A stretch of DNA of 60,008 nucleotides from a virus (Duplodnaviria; Caudoviricetes), in the IMG/VR virus record IMGVR_UViG_3300027874_000001, positions 1 through 60,008 of that record; one strand, 5' to 3'. Both the position numbers and the translations under genes were made by a program. The stretch's first letter is position 1; the number at the start of each line of letters is the position of its first letter. The notes beneath the pieces are model-generated. The model saw nothing but the letters and a program-made list of their open reading frames with translations. It made no database searches and was not told the origin of the DNA. Shown here piece after piece: positions 53,998 through 60,008 of this stretch.

Positions 53998-56360
53998 ACG
54001 ATTGCTCCCTTTGTGACGGCGAAGCTGAATACGGGTGCTTCCGTAGCGGTACCAGTGAATGCACTGATATTGATGACGCAACTGCCAGCGGCCACGTTGG
54101 TGACGACGGCGCTGTAGGCGTTGGCGCCTGATTTCTGGTGCACGTCTATGATGTCGTTGGCGCCGATGGTAGAATTGGTCAGGGTGAAGGCGGCCCAGGT
54201 GGCGCTACCGGCAGCGCTGAACAATGTGATGGCCCCTGTCGCCTTGTTCAGTGTGACGCCAGTGGTACGAGATGTCGCCTGAGTGACAGCGCCTCCTGCA
54301 CCTGTGGTGAACCCGATCCCACCGGTACCAGCTACTAGAACGCTGGCGGCGCCAGTGGCCTGCATTGTACCCGCTGACTGAATGCCAAGGTTGGCAACGC
54401 TGCCACCGCTAGGGGCGGCGATGTTGACGCCGACGTTGGTCTGGCCTCCGGTGATGGCGTTCACTTGTAAGCCAGTTTGAGTTGTAGTGGCTGCGCCTGC
54501 GGTGAAGCCGTTGAGCCTGATTCCGTACTGGCTGGTGGTACCGGCTCCTCCGGTGGAAGCCCCGAACTCCAGGCCGACGACGGTGACGGCGTTGGTCGTG
54601 CCGCTCAGGATGCGGAAGCCTGAGAACTGGTTGATGGCACCGGCACCGGTGACGACTGGCGTGAACGCACTGAAGCTGGCGTAACCACCCGTCATAGATA
54701 CACCGGCGTCGTTGATGTGGAGCGCCGCCTCGTAGTTGACAAAGTCGGTGATGGCGGTCAGCGTGCCAGTGTTGATGGTGCTGAAGGCCATGTCACTGAA
54801 GTAGTGATTGGTGGCGTTGACGGTCACAGCGGCACCGTCCGCCTGCCAGGTGTCCCGAGCGTCGAAGGCAGCGATGTTGCCGATGGTTATACCGGCAGTG
54901 CCGGGGTTGTTCTTGTAAGTGGCGGCGCTCTTGAAGCCATAGGAGGCTAGGGCGATGGAGTTCTGCTGAAAGGCCAGCGCTCCTCGCCAGCAGTAGATGC
55001 CCTGACCCCCGGCATAGGCGGAGTTGGCGAAGTTGAGCGTCTTGGTGCCTCGAGCCTGGATCATGGCACCGGGATCGGCCGTCAGTGTTTCGTTGGCACT
55101 GGCGGCAACGTTGGTCTCCATCATGTGAACGGGGGCAACAGTGTAGATGTTGCCGAGATGAGATCCAGAAGCTCCAGTTGTATTGGAAGTGTCAGCCCGT
55201 ATGTTCAAGGCAGCGGCAGTAGTGCCGACGTTACTTCCTGTCAGGTTGCCGATGTTGTTGGTGCTCATGGTGTAGGTTTGAGCGCCCGCCTTGCCAGCAG
55301 CGGTGAGGTAGTTGGTGAGATCTATGTCTTCCTGATAGCCGTACCAGGTGGTGCCGTCGTCCAGGGCTAATAGGGTCACTACGTCTACGGCGTTGGGAGC
55401 GGTGGCCAGTATAGGAGCGCTACCGGCCCAGGTGACATTGGTCCAGGTGACGGTGCGGCTGCCTACGCCGTCCTGCTTGAGGAATAGGCGGAAGCGACGG
55501 CAGGTTCCTGTCCAGGTGCCGGTGAGGCTGGGGTTGAAGGTTACGTTCCCGCCTAGGGTGTAGCGTTGCACGTTGCCCTGGCTAGGAGCTAGGCCGAAGG
55601 TGCCAGTGCTGACGGTGCCGTTGTCGACTGCCACTTCCCAACCACCACCATAGCTCCAGATGAAGTCGCTCTGCGCCTGCCAGGCAGCAGAACCTAGTAG
55701 GCTCCAGCCGGCATCGTAGTTGGCAGCTGTGTTCTTTACTAGAACGGTCTGAGTAGCGCCGCCAGGAGGCAGGCCGTGGCTAGCGACCAGACTTTGGGCC
55801 TGGAGGGAGGCGTTGTTAGTGGGGGTGAAGCCTGCGCTACCTGTGCTCACCCAGGTGACGGGTATGCTGAACCAGGTGTTGGCGTTGTTGGTGGGGGTGG
55901 CGCTGATGGTGTACTTGACCAGAGCGTTCAGGTTGCCGGTGACGTACAGGATGAACGTGTCGCCTACGTTCAAGGTGTCCAGTCGTACCACGCCACCGCT
56001 CTGGTCGTACACGCTGATGCTCAGGGTGGTGGCGGCGGTTAGAGTGGCGTTGTTCAGGGAGAGCTTGCCGCTACCGGGGTCGGCCACGGTGGTACCTGTG
56101 CTCCAGCGATAGTTGTAGGCCGGTCCGCCACCACCACTGCCACCCGTGACCGTGCCCCAGGTGGTGTCGTAGTCGGTGGCTGAGTTCTTCAGGAGGGCCT
56201 GGCTGGGAGCGCCTCCCGGGGGAACTCCAATGCCGGGAGGGCCGGTGACACCTACGGTGGTGGCGGTGGCGACGGCGGCGAAAGTGGCGGCGGCGTTCTG
56301 TGTGGTGGGTCCGGCGGCGGCGGCGTTGGGGCGAGTGGGGCCGTTGACGTCGATGTTCAT
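53994..56360 (-). CDS. Virion fibre protein (788 aa, G/T/A/N-rich)
   Basis: Two G.PPGGA..Q.L.KN.A..YD..W motifs; beta-rich body; C-terminal VTQATSRTTGVTLN. Confidence 0.75.
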   Translation of the reverse strand: MNIDVNGPTRPNAAAAGPTTQNAAATFAAVATATTVGVTGPPGIGVPPGGAPSQALLKNSATDYDTTWGTVTGGSGGGGPAYNYRWSTGTTVADPGSGKLSLNNATLTAATTLSISVYDQSGGVVRLDTLNVGDTFILYVTGNLNALVKYTISATPTNNANTWFSIPVTWVSTGSAGFTPTNNASLQAQSLVASHGLPPGGATQTVLVKNTAANYDAGWSLLGSAAWQAQSDFIWSYGGGWEVAVDNGTVSTGTFGLAPSQGNVQRYTLGGNVTFNPSLTGTWTGTCRRFRLFLKQDGVGSRTVTWTNVTWAGSAPILATAPNAVDVVTLLALDDGTTWYGYQEDIDLTNYLTAAGKAGAQTYTMSTNNIGNLTGSNVGTTAAALNIRADTSNTTGASGSHLGNIYTVAPVHMMETNVAASANETLTADPGAMIQARGTKTLNFANSAYAGGQGIYCWRGALAFQQNSIALASYGFKSAATYKNNPGTAGITIGNIAAFDARDTWQADGAAVTVNATNHYFSDMAFSTINTGTLTAITDFVNYEAALHINDAGVSMTGGYASFSAFTPVVTGAGAINQFSGFRILSGTTNAVTVVGLEFGASTGGAGTTSQYGIRLNGFTAGAATTTQTGLQVNAITGGQTNVGVNIAAPSGGSVANLGIQSAGTMQATGAASVLVAGTGGIGFTTGAGGAVTQATSRTTGVTLNKATGAITLFSAAGSATWAAFTLTNSTIGANDIIDVHQKSGANAYSAVVTNVAAGSCVINISAFTGTATEAPVFSFAVTKGAIV

Positions 56361-56689
56361 GGGCGTGTCACATCCGGTGTGGTGGTTACGGAACCAGAGG
56401 CGATGGTGGTGATGTTGCCAGAACCGTCCGTCAGCTGGCAATCCCATACTGCCGTGGCTGGTAAGCTGGAAGAGACGGTGTGGGGAATGGTGAGGTTCAC
56501 GATGTTGGGAGCTGTGATGGACGTGGTCATGGCTCCCAGTACGGAACTGTTGGCGGCAGTGGCGCGAATCTGAGCTGTGGCGGTCTGGCCCGTGATGGCG
56601 GGACCACTGCACGTCAGTGTGAAGGTGAAGTCGTCTCCGGCGTACAGGGTGAGATCGACTTGACTGGGCATGGCACCGATAGCGGTCAT
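56357..56689 (-). CDS. Fibre adaptor-like beta-sandwich protein (paralog B)
   Basis: LTLYAGDDF...AQIR...WDCQL...G. Confidence 0.7.
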   Translation of the reverse strand: MTAIGAMPSQVDLTLYAGDDFTFTLTCSGPAITGQTATAQIRATAANSSVLGAMTTSITAPNIVNLTIPHTVSSSLPATAVWDCQLTDGSGNITTIASGSVTTTPDVTRP

Positions 56690-57009
56690 CGTGTCACTTC
56701 CTGGAGAACTTTGACGGGTCCGTACACGACGGTGGTGATCAAACCAGTGGGGCTGATCAGCTGCAGATCCCACTTGTAACTACCAGCCAGATGTTTGGAC
56801 ATGAAGCTAGGCAGTGTTATGGTGATGGTGGGTGCGTTGGGAGTTATGGTCGGAACTAGGGTGGCGGCTGGCGGTCCAGGGGCGTCGTCTGCGAATCCTG
56901 TACGGATCTGTGCCTGCGCCGTGTACCCGTTCAAGTCCGTGTATTCCGGCAAGGTGATGGCCAGGCTGAAGTCGTCCCCTTGGTAGAGCTGTAAGGGCTG
57001 GAGCTTCAT
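56686..57009 (-). CDS. Fibre adaptor-like beta-sandwich protein (paralog A)
   Basis: LQLYQGDDF...AQIR...WDLQL...G.V.V..EVTR. Confidence 0.7.
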   Translation of the reverse strand: MKLQPLQLYQGDDFSLAITLPEYTDLNGYTAQAQIRTGFADDAPGPPAATLVPTITPNAPTITITLPSFMSKHLAGSYKWDLQLISPTGLITTVVYGPVKVLQEVTR

Positions 57010-57025
57010 GCGGGCGGAGTATAGC

Positions 57026-57982
57026 TCAGGTGGTGGTGGCTTCGGTGGCCTGTGTTTCTAGTGGCAGCGCATAGCCTTGCTGGGCGGGGACCTCGGTGAG
57101 GTACTTGCGTGCGAGCTCTGGCGCTAGTGCCCGTTGTTCCGGTGTCAGGGCTAGGCTGCGGTCCTTGATGAACGCGAGCAGAACGGCGGCGATCATCTTG
57201 CCCTGGCCTTCCGCTAGGCTGATCTGGCGCTCTGCTACGCCCATGGCCACGGCTGCCTTGCAGGCTTGGAGTAGGTGGGTGCGCTCGTGCTGGTACATGT
57301 CGATCCAGACGGAGGGCTTGATTCCCAGGTTGGTCCACTGGTGCAGTACTCGGTTCTCACCTATGGATTTGTTGAGGGTTCCTTCCGGCGTCTCTGGATC
57401 TATGCCTAACTCTTGTATGCGTTGCAGTAGCCATTCAATGTGGCCTGCGGTGCGGTGGATCTCCTGCAGTACGGCGGTGTGCGGATCGATCTTCTTAGGG
57501 CGGCCTAGGGTTGGTTCGAAGTTGTGGAGTAGGGAGAGCTCCTCGTTCAGGGTTTGCCGTAGGTTCTTGGCGCTGTGGCCTTTGGTGTTGCCGCCGTGCA
57601 GCTTGCACGCTCCCTGGCCCAGGTGATCTGTGCCCCACCCTGCCGGCATACAGCAGATACCTGGGCCAGAGGAGCTCTTGCCGGTGCGACGTGCACCGCA
57701 GATCTCAGTATCCTGGCGCTTCCTGTTCTCAGGGGTTGTCGGTACGGGATCTACGTACCCTCTTGGATACCCCTTGAGACTTTCCCCCTTGGCCTTTGTG
57801 CGGCGAGTCGGGGTTAGTTTCTCCGGTTGGCTGGCGTTCGTTGTATCTTCGTTGGCGGGCTCGTTCTTCCGGCGTCTTGACGAGCGGGTTCCGTTTGGGC
57901 TTCGGGGCTCGCTTGGGCTTGGGCTTGGGTTGGCGTGGGGTGAGGTCGATGAGATCCTCGATGAGCTCTTCTTGCGTGGCAT
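57026..57982 (-). CDS. Terminase small subunit-like protein (HGGxSTG-type); start uncertain
   Basis: CGA...C..PAGWGTDH.G.G.CKLHGG and C-terminal ER.HL...K.A...GVAER. Confidence 0.65.
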   Translation of the reverse strand: MPRKKSSSRISSTSPHANPSPSPSEPRSPNGTRSSRRRKNEPANEDTTNASQPEKLTPTRRTKAKGESLKGYPRGYVDPVPTTPENRKRQDTEICGARRTGKSSSGPGICCMPAGWGTDHLGQGACKLHGGNTKGHSAKNLRQTLNEELSLLHNFEPTLGRPKKIDPHTAVLQEIHRTAGHIEWLLQRIQELGIDPETPEGTLNKSIGENRVLHQWTNLGIKPSVWIDMYQHERTHLLQACKAAVAMGVAERQISLAEGQGKMIAAVLLAFIKDRSLALTPEQRALAPELARKYLTEVPAQQGYALPLETQATEATTT

Positions 57983-58532
57983 AGTGAGTCTTAGGGTAGC
58001 GGACCTTGTGTTGAGCCTTGATAATGGCCATGCGTAGGAGTCCTTGCCTCAGAATGTTCTTCCAGTAGGTGACATCCTCTATGGTCACTGGTAGATCTTC
58101 CTTGTAGATATCTATCGTGCGCTGTACGTGGCTGACCCATTCTGGCGTTGGGTAGCAGTGCTGTTTCCAGTGTTTGCACTTGATGCTGACGCATACCTTC
58201 CGGCCGCACCAGCAACATGTATGGATCTTGCGGCCCGAGTGGCAGAGGTAACAATGGTCGCCGAATGTGTTCATGTACATGGCGTACTGTTTCTTGCAGT
58301 GTTGGTCGTGGAAGGGGCTGTTGTTGCCTCTGCGGCCGGGACGGTACTCGAGAGTCTTGACCTGGAGGCAGCCAGGGCAGATACGGAGGTAGCGAGCGGG
58401 GTCGTTCTTGGCTGGTCTACACTCAGGATGCCAGACGGTTGGTTGTTGTACGGGCTTGAGGCAGGTGGGGCAGTAGTAGCCCAACGGGTTGTTATCTGGG
58501 TTGAGTTGCTGTTGTGGCTGTCGTGCTGTCAT
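57729..58532 (-). CDS. Cys-rich basic protein; first gene of the leftward operon (leaderless)
   Basis: Multiple CxxC motifs; ATG 6 nt after a -10 box. Confidence 0.6.
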   Translation of the reverse strand: MTARQPQQQLNPDNNPLGYYCPTCLKPVQQPTVWHPECRPAKNDPARYLRICPGCLQVKTLEYRPGRRGNNSPFHDQHCKKQYAMYMNTFGDHCYLCHSGRKIHTCCWCGRKVCVSIKCKHWKQHCYPTPEWVSHVQRTIDIYKEDLPVTIEDVTYWKNILRQGLLRMAIIKAQHKVRYPKTHYATQEELIEDLIDLTPRQPKPKPKRAPKPKRNPLVKTPEERARQRRYNERQPTGETNPDSPHKGQGGKSQGVSKRVRRSRTDNP

Positions 58533-58538
58533 GGGGCT

Positions 58539-58567
58539 AGGTTATACTACGCTATGGGTTGAGGCAA
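58539..58567 (-). promoter_or_regulatory. SigA-type promoter for a leaderless transcript
   Basis: Minus strand reads TTGCCT-N17-TAACCT-N6-ATG, with no SD. Confidence 0.6.
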
Positions 58568-58578
58568 GTGGCTATTTG

Positions 58579-58704
58579 GAGATGCAGCTAGCTAGGTTTA
58601 GTGGTGTTGTACTAACGAGAGCATAGTAAATCTAGTATAATACTACTTAGAACTAACTAACCTAACGAGAGCATAGACCCAGTAAAGTTAGCTAGCTGCA
58701 TCTC
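58579..58704. repeat. Inverted repeat enclosing two direct repeats, in the divergent intergenic region
   Basis: GAGATGCAGCTAGCTA (58579-58594) / TAGCTAGCTGCATCTC (58689-58704); CTAACGAGAGCATAG at 58612 and 58662; TATAAT at 58636. Confidence 0.85.
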
Positions 58705-58768
58705 GTGAGTATGAGTATAAACGGTGCATAGTATAGACGTGATTCCTATGTATTTGGAGGTGGTTCTT

Positions 58769-59209
58769 GTGTTTCTTGTGGGTGTGGATCCTGGGGGAAC
58801 GACGGGTGTGGCGTGGCGGGATAGGAGTGGAAGGGTTGTGTCGGTGGATGTGGAAGTGGGGTTGGATTGGTCGCGTGTGGCGGATGTGGTAGCTACAGTG
58901 CGTAGGGTGGTAGAGGAGTCGGGGGCTGGTGGCTGGAGTGGGGCGAGATTGTATGTGGAAGATTTTGTTCTAGTGCCTCGAAGTGTGTTGAGTAGGGATG
59001 GTTCGACGCCTCTAGTTGTTATCGGGGCGCTGTATGGCGCTTTCGGCAGGTTGGTATCACTGGGACAGAACGCTGCTCTTGCTAAATCGACGTTCACGGA
59101 TAAGCGTTTGCGAGCTCTAGGGTTGTGGGATAAGCGTTCAGCTCATCAGAGGGATGCTATTCGTCATCTTCTCTTAGCGGAGAGAAGGGAGAAAGGGAGG
59201 AAAGGGTGA
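58769..59209 (+). CDS. RuvC-like Holliday junction resolvase
   Basis: VGVDPGGTTG, YVEDF and HQRDA motifs; GGAGG RBS before GTG 58769. Confidence 0.8.
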   Translation: MFLVGVDPGGTTGVAWRDRSGRVVSVDVEVGLDWSRVADVVATVRRVVEESGAGGWSGARLYVEDFVLVPRSVLSRDGSTPLVVIGALYGAFGRLVSLGQNAALAKSTFTDKRLRALGLWDKRSAHQRDAIRHLLLAERREKGRKG

Positions 59210-59374
59210 GAGTCGGCTGCCGCCCTACTAAATATCTGTTTATTCTAGTAACTAACGTGAAATTCTACGGCCTTCCGCCGGGCGCCCCGTAGTAAGCTAA
59301 CGGGCAAGCCCGTTAGCCGGGCGAACTGATTCGGGCACCTTGCCCGGAACACGGCTCCAAGGAGGGGCCAAATC

Positions 59375-60001
59375 ATGAAGCAGACAGACCCAGGCTTCGA
59401 AGAAGCCATCGCCGAAGCCATCGAGCGCAAGCTCGGCGGCGAGTCGTCCAAGGATGTTCTGGTCACCAGCCATGGCAACCTGAGCCACAGCCAGTTCGAG
59501 CTGGCGTTCTGGCGGCAGGTGCCGGAAGCGCAGGGTGGCCTGGCCGAGCACGTCGGTAGTTCGCCCCGCACGGGCGAGTGGGCCATCGTGTGGCGCGATC
59601 TGGTGCAGGTCAGCTGGGGCCAGATCAGCATCCTGATGGACTGCCCGGAGAGCCAGGTGCGCAGCCTCTACAAGGAGGCCAGTGGCAAGCTCTCCCAGGG
59701 CAAGCGCATCGGCCACGGTGGTCGGTGGTACCTGAACGAGCGCGAGCTGTACGTGGATGGGCTTCAGCGCCCAGGCACGGAGATCCCCAAGGACCACGAG
59801 GGGCGCAGCGTGCGCGAGCAGGCCATCCTGAGCGCCACCGAGCAGAAGCTGATCCACAAGGACATCAGCGCCCTGCGCGAGCTGGCGAAGGCCAACGGCC
59901 TGGCGATCACTAACCGCCAGACCAAGGCTCAGCTGGTGAAGCTGCTTCTCGGCAGCGAGCCCAAGGCTGCGAAGCGCAGCCGCAAGGCCACCAAGAAGTA
60001 G
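59375..60001 (+). CDS. HTH-like DNA-binding protein with C-terminal HeH and basic tail; paralog of 11404-12159
   Basis: RD...SWGQI...E..R.LY...SGK..G.RIG.GGR shared with 11404; ISALRELAKANGL...TKAQLVKLL; AAGGAGG RBS. Confidence 0.75.
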   Translation: MKQTDPGFEEAIAEAIERKLGGESSKDVLVTSHGNLSHSQFELAFWRQVPEAQGGLAEHVGSSPRTGEWAIVWRDLVQVSWGQISILMDCPESQVRSLYKEASGKLSQGKRIGHGGRWYLNERELYVDGLQRPGTEIPKDHEGRSVREQAILSATEQKLIHKDISALRELAKANGLAITNRQTKAQLVKLLLGSEPKAAKRSRKATKK

Positions 60002-60008
60002 GCCAAGC
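59910..60008. repeat. Copy of bases 1-99
   Basis: Exact match. Confidence 0.95.

Noticed and set aside
956-58532. Stop-codon reassignment suggested by frequent TAG/CTAG
   Set aside because: Conserved genes are full length in the standard code, and TAG stops coincide with the starts of the next genes.
59910-60008. 99-bp end repeat as a biological terminal repeat
   Set aside because: It lies mid-CDS and its length matches a common assembler k-mer; most likely an assembly overlap.

Overview
The window is one apparently complete, circularly assembled tailed-phage genome (siphovirus-type): bases 1-99 are identical to 59910-60008, giving 59,909 unique bp at roughly 60% GC by eye. An actinobacterial host is inferred from the gene families and a leaderless SigA-type promoter. 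No integrase was found, so it is probably lytic. The + strand arm (956-29050) carries many small early genes, often with Cys/His zinc-binding motifs. It then carries an SNF2 helicase, a PD-(D/E)xK exonuclease, four tiny very basic proteins, a Sak4-like ATPase, an acidic DUF669-like protein and a DnaG-type primase fused to an MCM-type helicase. It ends with a nucleotide-metabolism block: FAD/NAD oxidoreductase, HAD phosphatase, Nmad1-like protein, DnaE and a divergent ThyX. The - strand arm (58532-29177) encodes terminase, fibres, portal, capsid, a 1316-aa MuF-like protein with two zincin domains and a candidate immunity gene, the tail (with a GGGAAAA -1 frameshift) and lysis genes. The most striking observations are: (1) near-total absence of AAAA/TTTT, only three found by manual scan, next to a candidate pyrimidine-modification cassette; (2) a possible phage DNA-condensation or 'chromatin' toolkit; (3) the MuF double-metalloprotease toxin/immunity pair; (4) the primase-MCM fusion paired with DnaE; and (5) two ~200-nt multi-hairpin RNA candidates. 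All family assignments come from recognising motifs by eye, not from database searches.
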